Assembly: GCA_945877505.1 (NCBI GenBank)
Contig: CAMDWT010000001.1
Location: forward strand, 53,750-117,749
Length of the DNA: 64,000 bases
Direction: 5' to 3'
Source of the DNA: Crenothrix polyspora
Lineage (GTDB): Bacteria; Pseudomonadota; Gammaproteobacteria; Methylococcales; Methylomonadaceae
Positions within the stretch are counted from its first letter, which is position 1; every line of letters starts with the position of its first letter. A model generated the notes under the pieces. The model saw nothing but the letters and a program-made list of their open reading frames with translations. It did no database searches and was not told where the DNA came from. Made by a program: the position numbers and the translations under genes. Of this stretch, positions 47,600-59,912 are shown one piece after another.

Positions 47600-48597
47600 A
47601 GGTGTGTTAATAATGTTACTTGAGTTTGATTTTCGTCGTTAAGGTAAAAATGGTCAGTATTATTTTCAGTAAGTTGTAATACGATGAGCATTTTAACGCT
47701 GTTTTGTTCAGCGGTGGTTTCAGATGAGCGTTGTGCCCACAGTACTTTAGCGATGGATTGATCTTCGCCCTTAGAGGTGTCGATAATCGTCGAATTGGGT
47801 GCGGGTATTGTTGTGGAGTAGCATTCCGCTAAAAATAATGCTCTTTTTGTTTTTCCTAGATAATGTGTACGAGCAACAATTTCTTGGCCGGTGTAGCAAC
47901 CTTTGTCATAACTGATGCCGCCTAATTGATCAAGATTAAGCATTTGTGGAATAAATTCTTCAGATGTTTCGGTTGTTAGCCAGGGTAGGCCTGATAGTAA
48001 GTCAAGATAACGCCATTGATCAGAACTGGTTGGCAAAAAGTCTTGGTTAGTGACATGTTCTGACCAGATTTTTATGGCATTGTTAGTTTCGGCAATTATT
48101 AAGTGACGACATTCGTTAACAGAAAAATTAACACTAATGAAATCTTGCCCGCTAGTTGAAAATAAACCTTCATCGTGCTTTTTAGGTTGTGATAGTCCGA
48201 TTAGGCAAAGGAGTTCAGAGCAATCTGTTAAGGTAACCGCTGACCTTAAGATATACATTTGTAATCTTTTTTGAATAATCCCCAGTAATTCTTTGGGTAG
48301 AACCATAAGAAAGTCATCAGGTGTTTTGACCAGTAAAAAAGTACTTAGGGTGCGTCCTTTCGGGTTGCATAGGGCACCAAAACTGCTTTTGGCTTCTGTA
48401 ATATCGTTGATGTTACAGGTTACTTGCCCTTGTAATAATTTAGCCGCATCATTGCCACTGATTTTCAAAATAGCCAAATGCTCTATTGGGTAGATTTTTT
48501 TGTCGTTATCATCAGAAGCAACGGGAAAAGTGATGTGCGTGTCACTTATAAAGCTTGCCTGTTGACTCAAGAGAAAGTTATTCCAGTTTAGATTCAT
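47596..48597 (-). CDS. ygfZ: folate-binding Fe-S cluster repair protein YgfZ
   Basis: 333 aa. GcvT-like fold with the YgfZ signature KGCYTGQEIVARTHYLGKTKR. Confidence 0.88.
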   Translation of the reverse strand: MNLNWNNFLLSQQASFISDTHITFPVASDDNDKKIYPIEHLAILKISGNDAAKLLQGQVTCNINDITEAKSSFGALCNPKGRTLSTFLLVKTPDDFLMVLPKELLGIIQKRLQMYILRSAVTLTDCSELLCLIGLSQPKKHDEGLFSTSGQDFISVNFSVNECRHLIIAETNNAIKIWSEHVTNQDFLPTSSDQWRYLDLLSGLPWLTTETSEEFIPQMLNLDQLGGISYDKGCYTGQEIVARTHYLGKTKRALFLAECYSTTIPAPNSTIIDTSKGEDQSIAKVLWAQRSSETTAEQNSVKMLIVLQLTENNTDHFYLNDENQTQVTLLTHL

Positions 48598-48726
48598 AGA
48601 TAAAGGTGGCCAGTTTGAGTTGTGCAGATGATTATATAGTAACTGTTCTTAGGTGGCTAAAAGCTGAAATTTAAAAACGTGTTGAATGGATAATATTTTT
48701 TTTGGGGTGCAACCTTTTTATGAAGT

Positions 48727-49170
48727 ATGCGTAAGGAATATAGCGATAATTTAGTTTTAGTCATTAAGCCGTCTGCGCGATTAAAAAAAATACTAATTTT
48801 TGTCCATGGAATAGCCTTACTTGCCAGTATGGTTAATACACTGCCGTTGGTTTTTAAAGTTAGTTTGTGTGCGCTTATCGGTATTCAGGGTTGGGTAATG
48901 ACTAAGCGATTGAAGAATTTTAGCCGTACCCTCAAATATACGGAAAGTTTAGGTTGGCAATTATCAGAGGGGCAGGACTTTATGTTAATTGACATTTTAA
49001 AATCTACTGTTATGACTACAAAGGTGCTCTTTTTACATTATAGCTATAGAAATCATGATAATTCTTCTAGTGTCACTTCAAAAAAAACACTTCTGATTTT
49101 GAGTGATGCATTGGCAGAAGAGGATTATCGTTATCTTATTGTTAAATTAAAGATAACCGCAATAAAATAG
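48727..49170 (+). CDS. YgfX/CptA-like (DUF1434) inner-membrane protein
   Basis: 147 aa. Two N-terminal hydrophobic helices, a central GWQL, and a C-terminal LLILSDALAEEDYRYLIVKL resembling E. coli YgfX LWLAADSMDEAEWRDLRRILL. Divergent from ygfZ as in E. coli. Confidence 0.55.
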   Translation: MRKEYSDNLVLVIKPSARLKKILIFVHGIALLASMVNTLPLVFKVSLCALIGIQGWVMTKRLKNFSRTLKYTESLGWQLSEGQDFMLIDILKSTVMTTKVLFLHYSYRNHDNSSSVTSKKTLLILSDALAEEDYRYLIVKLKITAIK

Positions 49171-49296
49171 CCATAAATCAAGCGGTCTCTGATAAAATAA
49201 AAAAAACGCAAGTCCAATGTAACAGTGATTAATTTTTATGGGCTTGTTGTTATAATTTTCATAGGCTAATAGAATAAAATAATAAGGATAAATCGG

Positions 49297-49536
49297 ATGT
49301 CAAAAGGTCAGAATTTACAGGATAATTTTCTTAATGCTCTCAGAAAAGAGCATACGCCCGTATCAATTTTTCTTGTGAATGGTATTAAATTACAGGGTAA
49401 AGTAGACTCGTTTGATCAGTATGTGATCATGTTGAAAAATACAATGAGTCAAATGGTTTATAAGCATGCAATTTCAACTATAGTGCCCAGCAAAGCCGTA
49501 AAGATAAATCGTGAAGACGAAATCGTTGACGAGTGA
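49297..49536 (+). CDS. hfq: RNA chaperone Hfq
   Basis: 79 aa. [55 protein letters not shown]. Confidence 0.98.
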   Translation: MSKGQNLQDNFLNALRKEHTPVSIFLVNGIKLQGKVDSFDQYVIMLKNTMSQMVYKHAISTIVPSKAVKINREDEIVDE

Positions 49537-49590
49537 GCATTTTGAGTCAGCAAAATAGTTGTTTTTTGAAACCATTGATGGGGTATTTTA

Positions 49591-50859
49591 TTGTTTGATC
49601 GTCCAGAATCAGGTGAACGTGCGGTTCTTGTTCATCTAACCTTCCGTTCCGGCCAAGAAGATCTTTTAGAATTAAAAGAATTAGCCAAATCAGCTGGAAC
49701 GCTCCCTGTGTTTGTTGTTACTGGTAGTCGCAAACGTCCAGATCCAAAATATTATGTCGGTAAAGGTAAGCTTGAAGAACTTAAGTTGGCTGTAGAAACC
49801 TATGGTGCTGATGTGGTTTTATTTAATCATCCGCTTGCACCTAGTCAGGAAAGAAATTTAGAGGGTGCTTTAGGCGTAAGAGTTGTTGACAGAAATGGCT
49901 TAATTCTGGATATATTTGCTCAGCGAGCGCAATCCTTCGAAGGAAAATTACAAGTTGAATTGGCGCAGTTAAAGCATTTATCAACCCGGTTGGTGCGAGG
50001 TTGGACGCATTTAGAGCGCCAAAAAGGTGGCATTGGTTTGCGTGGACCGGGTGAAACTCAGTTAGAAACCGATAGACGTCTTTTAAGTTTGCGCATCAAG
50101 CAAATTCAGCAAAGATTGGATAAGGTTGACAAGCAAAGACACCAAGGGCGTAGTAAAAGAAAAAAAGCGGAAGTCCCTTCAGTATCATTGGTGGGTTACA
50201 CTAATGCCGGTAAGTCTTCGTTATTTAATACCTTAACTGGGGCTGACATTTATACGGCAGATCAATTGTTTGCCACGTTAGATCCAACGTTACGTAGTTG
50301 TCAATTGCCTAATAATAGCGAGATTGTAATTGCAGATACGGTTGGTTTTATTCGCCATTTACCTCATGAGTTAGTTGCTGCCTTTAAGTCGACTTTACAA
50401 GAAGCGAGTGAGGCTGATTTATTGCTTCATGTTATTGATGCGCACAGTGAGGATAGGGATGAAATTATCGTTCAAGTCAATCATGTGTTGGGCGACATAG
50501 AGGCAGATAAAGTCAGGCAGATAGAAGTCTTTAATAAGATTGATTTGCTGGATAATATTCAGCCACACATTGATCGTGATGATGCAGGGAATCCGCTTAG
50601 AGTGTGGTTGTCTGCAGAAACGGGGGCAGGCATAGATCTTCTCAATCAAGTGCTTGCAGAGCTTTTTTCCGTCAAAAAAGTTAAAAGACGTTGTTATTTG
50701 CAGCCTGATCAAGGCCATATTCGAGCGAAATTATTTACTTGCGCAAAAATAATTGACGAGCATATTGATGACTTCGGTGCGAATGAGTTACTCATTGAAA
50801 TTGATGTAAGGTATTTGGGGTTGCTTAAAGAAGTTAAAACCGAAGAGTTTACCGAATAA
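49591..50859 (+). CDS. hflX: ribosome-associated GTPase HflX
   Basis: TTG start giving MFDRPESGERAVLVHL, matching E. coli HflX MFDRYDAGEQAVLVHI. G1 GYTNAGKSS, DTVGFI, NKID. Confidence 0.95.
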   Translation: MFDRPESGERAVLVHLTFRSGQEDLLELKELAKSAGTLPVFVVTGSRKRPDPKYYVGKGKLEELKLAVETYGADVVLFNHPLAPSQERNLEGALGVRVVDRNGLILDIFAQRAQSFEGKLQVELAQLKHLSTRLVRGWTHLERQKGGIGLRGPGETQLETDRRLLSLRIKQIQQRLDKVDKQRHQGRSKRKKAEVPSVSLVGYTNAGKSSLFNTLTGADIYTADQLFATLDPTLRSCQLPNNSEIVIADTVGFIRHLPHELVAAFKSTLQEASEADLLLHVIDAHSEDRDEIIVQVNHVLGDIEADKVRQIEVFNKIDLLDNIQPHIDRDDAGNPLRVWLSAETGAGIDLLNQVLAELFSVKKVKRRCYLQPDQGHIRAKLFTCAKIIDEHIDDFGANELLIEIDVRYLGLLKEVKTEEFTE

Positions 50860-50983
50860 TAGTCTTAGTGCTATCGTTGGCGAGGCTTTGCGGTTTTCGC
50901 TTTTAAAGAGATTTACGATAGAATAGCGTTACAAATTTCGTACGTGATAAATTAATTAAATAATCCAATAGTGGAGTATAGGT

Positions 50984-52216
50984 ATGTCGTGGAATGAGCC
51001 TGGTGGCGATAAGAAGGACCCTTGGAGCGGGCGTGGAGATCAGAAAGGTCCTCCTGACCTAGATGAAGCAATACGTTCATTGCAAGAGAAATTAGGTAAA
51101 TTCTTTGGAGGCGGCAACGGAGATAATGAGGGTTCACCTAGAAACTTTACGTCTGGCAACCCAATCAGAAATCTTGGTTTTCTTGCGGGTGGGGTTGTTG
51201 TTTTATGGGGTTTAAGCGGATTTTATATCGTTGATGAAGGGAATCATGGCGTTGAAACCCGATTTGGCAAATATATTGCGACGACGCAGTCGGGATGGAA
51301 TTGGCATTTGCCTGCGCCTATTGAGCGTGTGGATATCGTTAATGTCAAGCAACAGCGCTATATCGAAGTCGGATATCGTAGTGGGGGTAGTGAACAAGCA
51401 ACAGGTTCCGTACCTAAAGAAGCGTTGATGTTAACCAAGGACGAAAATTATGTCGATGTTCGTTTAGCGGTTCAATATCAAGTTAAAGATGCCAAGCAAT
51501 TTATTTTTAATGTTGTTAATCCTGCATTGACCTTAAAGCAGGTCACTGAAAGCGCATTGCGTGGCGTGGTGGGTAGCAGCACTATGGATTTTGTGTTGAC
51601 ACAAGGTCGTAGTGAAATTGTTACACTGATAAAGAAAGAGATTCAGGACGTGATGGATAGCTATAACTCAGGCGTTCAAGTAACCAGTGTTAATTTGCAG
51701 GATGCTCAGCCACCTGAACAAGTTCAGAACTCATTTGAAGATGCTATTAAGGCGCGTGAAGATGAGCAGCGGTTGATTAATGAAGCAGAAGCTTATTCTA
51801 ATGACGTTGTGCCAAAAGCGCGTGGTGCTGCAGCTAGAAAAATTCAGGAAGCTGAAGGTTATAAAGAGCAAGTGATTGCTCAGGCTCAAGGTGAAACGAA
51901 TCGTTTTACTAAATTATTGGCTGAATATGTCAAAGCACCTGATGTGACTCGTAAGCGCCTTTACATAGAATCGATGGAAGCGGTGATGTCTGAAACAGGA
52001 AAAGTATTGGTTGATGTTAAAGCCGGTAATAATTTACTTTATTTGCCATTAGATAAAATGATGGAACATCAACCCGTTATGCAAGCGCCTTCCATGAATC
52101 CGCCTTCCGTGTCGGGGGATCAGCCGCAAACACAAACACAATCGCAACAGGTTGCTGCACCAGAGCAAGCGATTGATCGTGCTTCAATTCGTAGCCGTGA
52201 TGCAAGGGGACGCTAA
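50984..52216 (+). CDS. hflK: FtsH protease modulator HflK
   Basis: MSWNEPGGDKKDPWSG...GPPDLDE matches the HflK N terminus. SPFH/band-7 domain. Gln/Pro-rich C terminus. Confidence 0.95.
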   Translation: MSWNEPGGDKKDPWSGRGDQKGPPDLDEAIRSLQEKLGKFFGGGNGDNEGSPRNFTSGNPIRNLGFLAGGVVVLWGLSGFYIVDEGNHGVETRFGKYIATTQSGWNWHLPAPIERVDIVNVKQQRYIEVGYRSGGSEQATGSVPKEALMLTKDENYVDVRLAVQYQVKDAKQFIFNVVNPALTLKQVTESALRGVVGSSTMDFVLTQGRSEIVTLIKKEIQDVMDSYNSGVQVTSVNLQDAQPPEQVQNSFEDAIKAREDEQRLINEAEAYSNDVVPKARGAAARKIQEAEGYKEQVIAQAQGETNRFTKLLAEYVKAPDVTRKRLYIESMEAVMSETGKVLVDVKAGNNLLYLPLDKMMEHQPVMQAPSMNPPSVSGDQPQTQTQSQQVAAPEQAIDRASIRSRDARGR

Positions 52217-53070
52217 TGACTCAGAATAAAATTTTAGTTGGATTAGTCGCACTGTTGCTTGTTGGCTTTATGTGTATATTTACCGTTAACCAAACTGAAA
52301 AAGCCATTAAGTTTGAGTTGGGTAAAATTGTAAAGAATGATTATGAGCCGGGTCTGTATTTCAAGTTCCCGATTTTTAATAGCATCAAAAAGTTCGATGC
52401 ACGTATCCAAACGATGGATGCCAAGCCTGAACGATTTTTAACAGCCGAAAAGAAAAATGTTATCGTTGATTCTTTCGTTAAATGGCGTATTGGTAATGTG
52501 GCGACTTTTTATACAACCGTCGCGGGTGATATAGATCAGGCAAATTTAAGGTTGGATCAGATTATTAAAGATGCTTTTAGAAGTGAATTTAGTAAGCGTA
52601 ATATCAAGCAGCTTATTTCAACCGATCGTAGTTTAATTCGCGAGATTTTAACGAACAATTCTAAAGCGGTTGCGGCTGAGTTAGGCATGGAAATTGTTGA
52701 CGTTCAAGTGATGCGGATTGATTTGCCCCCTGAAGTGAGTAGTTCTGTGTTTCGTAGAATGGAAGCAGAGCGTGAACGTGTTGCGCGTGAGTTTCGTTCG
52801 CAAGGTGCAGAAGCCGCTGAAAGGATTCGGGCTGATGCGGATAGGCAACGCGTAGTGACGTTGGCAAATTCATTTCGAGACGCTGAAAAGTTACGAGGTG
52901 AAGGTGATGCAACCTCTGCAGAAATTTATGCAAAAGCGTATGGCGCAGATGTTGAGTTCTTTACTTTTTATAGAAGTTTAAATGCCTATAAAAAGACATT
53001 TTCAAGTGCTAGCATGATGGTTTTAGATCCTACTTCTGATTTCTTTCAGTATTTTAATAAACAAAAGTAA
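52216..53070 (+). CDS. hflC: FtsH protease modulator HflC
   Basis: 284 aa SPFH domain protein. TAATG overlap with hflK. Confidence 0.95.
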   Translation: MTQNKILVGLVALLLVGFMCIFTVNQTEKAIKFELGKIVKNDYEPGLYFKFPIFNSIKKFDARIQTMDAKPERFLTAEKKNVIVDSFVKWRIGNVATFYTTVAGDIDQANLRLDQIIKDAFRSEFSKRNIKQLISTDRSLIREILTNNSKAVAAELGMEIVDVQVMRIDLPPEVSSSVFRRMEAERERVAREFRSQGAEAAERIRADADRQRVVTLANSFRDAEKLRGEGDATSAEIYAKAYGADVEFFTFYRSLNAYKKTFSSASMMVLDPTSDFFQYFNKQK

Positions 53071-53166
53071 GTTAGTGGGCGATTGTAGAGTTGCAGACGT
53101 TTATGTTGCAATTAAGGCCGCCTAACAATAGTGGATAAAAAAGTAGTTTAATTTTATCGAAATATC

Positions 53167-53196
53167 AAAACGCTCCGCTTGCGGGGCGTTTTGTTT
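53167..53196 (+). terminator. intrinsic terminator after hflC
   Basis: AAAACGCTCCG-CTTG-CGGGGCGTTTT followed by GTTT. GC-rich 7-bp core stem with one G-U pair, plus a U-tract. It lies 18 nt before the hisZ ATG. Confidence 0.65.
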
Positions 53197-53213
53197 GAGT
53201 GGATATTAAGAAT

Positions 53214-55710
<2,497 letters not shown>

Positions 55711-55781
55711 TAGTTTTGATCAATTAAGAGTCTGTTCGACCCGATTAAAATAAAGACGTCAAATTTTTAATGTGATTATAG

Positions 55782-56282
55782 ATGGAAAAAATAAAGATAC
55801 TTTTTGTCTGTATGGGCAATATTTGTCGATCACCCAGTGCTGAAGGTGCTTTTGTAAAGTTACTTAAAGCTCACGGAATAGAAGAGGGTTTTGTAATCGA
55901 TTCAGCAGGAACTCACGCGCATCATGTTGGCGAATCACCTGATTTGCGTTCCCAGAAGACGGCTTTAGATCGTGGTATCGATTTAAAGCATTTACGCGCA
56001 AGAAAAGTGATTATGGGTGATTTTGAAGATTTTGATTATCTGTTGGCAATGGATGATGAGAATTATGAAACGCTGATGAGCGCTTGTCCTGATAGATATA
56101 AACATAAAATAAGTTATTTTCTTGATCATGCGCCTCACTTAGCTACAAGGGAGGTTCCGGACCCTTACTATGGTGGGAAGTACGGTTTTGATGAAGTATT
56201 GGATTTAGTGGAAATAGCCTCAGTAGGTTTTTTATCAATGCTTCAGAAGATGGGGCGCATCAAGAAAGAATTTAAATTATAG
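55782..56282 (+). CDS. low molecular weight protein-tyrosine phosphatase
   Basis: 166 aa. P-loop ILFVCMGNICRSPSAEG (CX5R-S) and the DPYYG general-acid motif. Confidence 0.9.
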   Translation: MEKIKILFVCMGNICRSPSAEGAFVKLLKAHGIEEGFVIDSAGTHAHHVGESPDLRSQKTALDRGIDLKHLRARKVIMGDFEDFDYLLAMDDENYETLMSACPDRYKHKISYFLDHAPHLATREVPDPYYGGKYGFDEVLDLVEIASVGFLSMLQKMGRIKKEFKL

Positions 56283-56291
56283 GGTAGTATT

Positions 56292-57017
56292 GTGGCAATA
56301 ATATCAAATACCGTTGGTTATTTGGATGGTGATGTCTTGTTGGAGGCTTTTTTTGCGTTTGATGACTCATTTTCTGGTCGAAGGCCTGCTGTTTTAATAG
56401 CGCCTACTTGGGCGGGTAGGGATGATTTTGTTGCAGAAAAGGCTAAAAAACTCGCAGCCCTTGGTTATGTTGGTTTTGCAGTTGATATCTACGGTAAAGG
56501 TCTTTTGGGCGCAGATGCAGAAGAAAATGCGCGGCTTATGCAGCCCTTTATGGACGATAGGCAGTTGCTCAAAAAACGTATGCAGGCTGCCTTATATGCG
56601 GTGAGGTTGATGCCTTGGGTAGATGATGCTCAAATTGCCGCTATAGGCTATTGTTTTGGAGGCTTGTGCTCATTGGATTTGGCGAGAGCTGGCGCAGATT
56701 TAAAAGGCGTGGTTAGTTTTCATGGTCTTTTGGGGGCGCCCGATATCGCATCCGATGTATTGATTAAGGCAAAAATATTAGCCTTACATGGGCATGACGA
56801 TCCAATGGTGCCTGTTGAGCAAGTTATTGCTTTTGAGCAGGAAATGACAAAGGCTGGGGCAGATTGGCAGTTACATGCCTTCGGTAATACTCAGCACGCA
56901 TTCACCAATCCATTAGCGGATAATCCTGATTTTGGTGCCGTATATCAACCTGTGGCGGATAAGCGATCATGGATTTTGATGGAAAACTTTCTAACAGAAA
57001 TTTTTACTCAATCATAA
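56292..57017 (+). CDS. dienelactone hydrolase family protein
   Basis: 241 aa. GTG start. Alpha/beta hydrolase with nucleophile elbow GYCFGG and HGHDD, and a downstream H in TQHAF. Confidence 0.85.
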   Translation: MAIISNTVGYLDGDVLLEAFFAFDDSFSGRRPAVLIAPTWAGRDDFVAEKAKKLAALGYVGFAVDIYGKGLLGADAEENARLMQPFMDDRQLLKKRMQAALYAVRLMPWVDDAQIAAIGYCFGGLCSLDLARAGADLKGVVSFHGLLGAPDIASDVLIKAKILALHGHDDPMVPVEQVIAFEQEMTKAGADWQLHAFGNTQHAFTNPLADNPDFGAVYQPVADKRSWILMENFLTEIFTQS

Positions 57018-57025
57018 AGTGTGAA

Positions 57026-57059
57026 CACTTTCGACTCACTTTCGACTATTTGCTATAAT
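57026..57059 (+). promoter_or_regulatory. candidate gyrA promoter containing an 11-bp tandem repeat
   Basis: CACTTTCGACT CACTTTCGACT (57026-57047) followed by a perfect TATAAT at 57054-57059. TTCGAC of the first repeat sits 18 nt upstream of the -10 box. About 120 nt upstream of the gyrA ATG. Confidence 0.3.
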
Positions 57060-57180
57060 CAACCCGTTAATTAAAGTTATGTGCTTGCATTCTCCTAAAG
57101 GAATTGGAAAGATTGCGGTTATATTTAGTCAAAAAACCATACTGATACAGTGTTATCGGTAAACAGTTTAATAGGGATCA

Positions 57181-59817
57181 ATGTCAAACTTCGCTAAAGA
57201 AATTATTCCTGTCAATCTCGAAGATGAGATGAAGCAGTCCTATCTTGATTACGCCATGAGCGTTATTGTAGGTCGTGCCCTTCCTGACGTCAGAGATGGC
57301 TTAAAGCCAGTTCATCGTCGCGTTTTGTACGCCATGAGTGAATTAGGAAACGATTGGAACAAGCCTTATAAAAAATCAGCACGTATAGTCGGTGATGTAA
57401 TAGGTAAGTATCATCCTCATGGTGATACAGCCGTTTATGACACTATGGTTCGGATGGCGCAACCATTCTCCATGCGTTATATGTTAGTTGATGGGCAAGG
57501 AAACTTTGGTTCAGTTGATGGTGATCCCCCTGCTGCTATGCGTTATACAGAAGTGCGTATGGCAAAAATAGCTCATGAACTATTAGCGGATCTTGATAAA
57601 GAAACGGTTAACTTTATCCCTAACTATGATGAGTCAGAAATACAGCCTGAAGTCTTGCCTACTCGGGTACCCAATTTATTAGTAAATGGTTCCTCTGGAA
57701 TTGCTGTTGGTATGGCGACTAACATACCTCCGCACAATATGACGGAAGTTGTCAGTGCTTGCTTGGCAATGATTGATAATCCAGACGTGACTATAGTTGA
57801 TTTAATGGCGCATATTCCTGGGCCAGACTTCCCAACGGCGGCTTTCATAAATGGTGCTGCGGGTATTTATAGCGCCTATACAACAGGAAGAGGGAAGATA
57901 TATTTACGCGCACGTTGTCACTTTGAAAATATAGGTGATAGCAGTCGACAAGCGATTATTACGACAGAACTCCCTTATCAAGTTAATAAGGCGCGTTTAC
58001 TAGAGAAAATCGCTGAATTAGTTAAGGAAGGTAAGCTTGAAGGTATTTCAGGTTTACGAGATGAGTCTGATAAAGATGGCATGCGAATGGTCATCGAATT
58101 ACGTCGTGGTGAAGTGCCTGAAGTTGTATTAAATAACTTATATAAGCAGACGCAATTTCAAACCGTTTTTGGTATTAACATGGTTGCCTTGTTGGATGGA
58201 CGTCCGCATTGCATGAATCTCCGTGATATTCTGAGTGCGTTTGTTGATCACAGGCGCGAAATAGTAACGCGAAGGACGATATACAATCTCCGTCGAGCTC
58301 GTGAAAGAGCTCATGTTTTAGAAGGTCTTGCGGTTGCGTTAGCCAATATTGACGTCATGATTGAGCTAATCAAAACCTCCAGCAATAGAGAAGAGGCCAA
58401 GGTTGGTTTGTTGGCAAGAACGTGGGAGGCCGGTTTGGTTTCTACCTTGCTGGAAAGAGCCGATGCAACGCGATCTAGGCCAGAAGATTTGGCGGAGGAG
58501 TTCGGTATTCATGACGGTATTTATCGCCTTTCTGAAACCCAAGCTCAAGCTATTCTCGATTTACGTCTTCATCGTTTAACGGGCTTAGAGCAAGATAAAA
58601 TAGTCAGCGAGTATAAGCAATTGCTAGAGCAAATTGATGAATACTTATATATTTTAGGTAGCGATACGCGTCTGATGGAAATTATCAGAGAAGAGTTAGT
58701 TGCGATTAAAGATGAGTATTCTGATTCGCGTCGTACAGAAATCATACAAAATCAATTGGATTTATCTGAGCAAGATCTAATTACTGAAGAAGATATGGTG
58801 GTTACTATGTCTCATGAAGGTTATGTTAAGTCTCAGCCATTAAGTGATTACAAAGCACAGAGGCGTGGAGGCCGAGGTAAATCAGCAACCGCCACTAAAG
58901 AGCTTGATTATGTTGATAAACTTATCGTAGCTAACACGCACGATACTATTTTATGCTTCTCATCGTTGGGTAAAGTGTATTGGCTAAAAGTCTATCAACT
59001 ACCCGTAGCAAGTCGTGCAGCAAGAGGTAAGCCTTTTGTAAACTTATTGCCGTTAGAGCAGGGTGAAAAGATTAATGCGTTATTGCCTATTCGTGAATTT
59101 ACCGAAAATAAATTTATTTTTATGGCGACTTCTGCCGGTACTGTTAAAAAGACACCGCTAACTGAATTTGAGCGTCAACGAGCCAGTGGTAAAATTGCTA
59201 TCGACCTTAGAGAAGGCGATACCTTAGTGGGTGTTGCGGTCACAGACGGAAAACAAAACGTTTTATTATTTGGTAGCACAGGCAAGGCGGTTTGCTTTAA
59301 TGAAATGGATGTTCGTTCGATGGGTAGAACGGCTTCTGGTGTGCGTGGTATGCGCTTACATGAAGGACAAAAAATCATTTCATTGATTATTTCAACGGAA
59401 GGTACGGTACTAAATATTACTGAAAATGGTTATGGAAAGCGGACTAAACTTGAAGAGTTTACTTGTCATAAGCGTGGTGGTCAGGGCTTGATAGCGATTC
59501 AAACATCTGAACGCAATGGCGCGGTGATTGGTGCGGTATTAGTGAATGATAATGATGAGATTATGTTGATTACCGATGGTGGAACCTTGGTTCGTACCCG
59601 CGTTGACGGTATTTCAGTCGTTGGAAGAAATACGCAGGGCGTTACAATTATCAGATTGGATAAAAAAGAAAAAGTGATTGGTGTTGATCGTATTGAAGGT
59701 TTGGCTGGTTTAGACGATGAAAATGAAGATGATGAAAGCCTAGTGGATGGTGATGATCTACTGGAAACAGATATAGACGATGTTTCAGACGATGAGATAG
59801 AAGTGGGCGACGAATAG
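57181..59817 (+). CDS. gyrA: DNA gyrase subunit A
   Basis: 878 aa, colinear with E. coli GyrA through the N terminus ([27 protein letters not shown], active-site AAMRYTE). QRDR reads [10 protein letters not shown] (Thr83/Asp87 in E. coli numbering). Acidic C-terminal tail. Confidence 0.98.
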   Translation: MSNFAKEIIPVNLEDEMKQSYLDYAMSVIVGRALPDVRDGLKPVHRRVLYAMSELGNDWNKPYKKSARIVGDVIGKYHPHGDTAVYDTMVRMAQPFSMRYMLVDGQGNFGSVDGDPPAAMRYTEVRMAKIAHELLADLDKETVNFIPNYDESEIQPEVLPTRVPNLLVNGSSGIAVGMATNIPPHNMTEVVSACLAMIDNPDVTIVDLMAHIPGPDFPTAAFINGAAGIYSAYTTGRGKIYLRARCHFENIGDSSRQAIITTELPYQVNKARLLEKIAELVKEGKLEGISGLRDESDKDGMRMVIELRRGEVPEVVLNNLYKQTQFQTVFGINMVALLDGRPHCMNLRDILSAFVDHRREIVTRRTIYNLRRARERAHVLEGLAVALANIDVMIELIKTSSNREEAKVGLLARTWEAGLVSTLLERADATRSRPEDLAEEFGIHDGIYRLSETQAQAILDLRLHRLTGLEQDKIVSEYKQLLEQIDEYLYILGSDTRLMEIIREELVAIKDEYSDSRRTEIIQNQLDLSEQDLITEEDMVVTMSHEGYVKSQPLSDYKAQRRGGRGKSATATKELDYVDKLIVANTHDTILCFSSLGKVYWLKVYQLPVASRAARGKPFVNLLPLEQGEKINALLPIREFTENKFIFMATSAGTVKKTPLTEFERQRASGKIAIDLREGDTLVGVAVTDGKQNVLLFGSTGKAVCFNEMDVRSMGRTASGVRGMRLHEGQKIISLIISTEGTVLNITENGYGKRTKLEEFTCHKRGGQGLIAIQTSERNGAVIGAVLVNDNDEIMLITDGGTLVRTRVDGISVVGRNTQGVTIIRLDKKEKVIGVDRIEGLAGLDDENEDDESLVDGDDLLETDIDDVSDDEIEVGDE

Positions 59818-59912
59818 AATTAGGATGCCTACGTTTATTTGTACAGCAAAAAAATTCAAGTGGGTCTTCATAAGTTTGGTGCAGATAGTGCTTTTTAATC
59901 CAGAGAACAATA

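Noticed and set aside
49539-49568. Possible hairpin (ATTTTG-AGTCAG-CAAAAT plus T-run) between hfq and hflX
   Set aside because: The stem is 6 bp and almost all A-T, too weak to call as a terminator from sequence alone.
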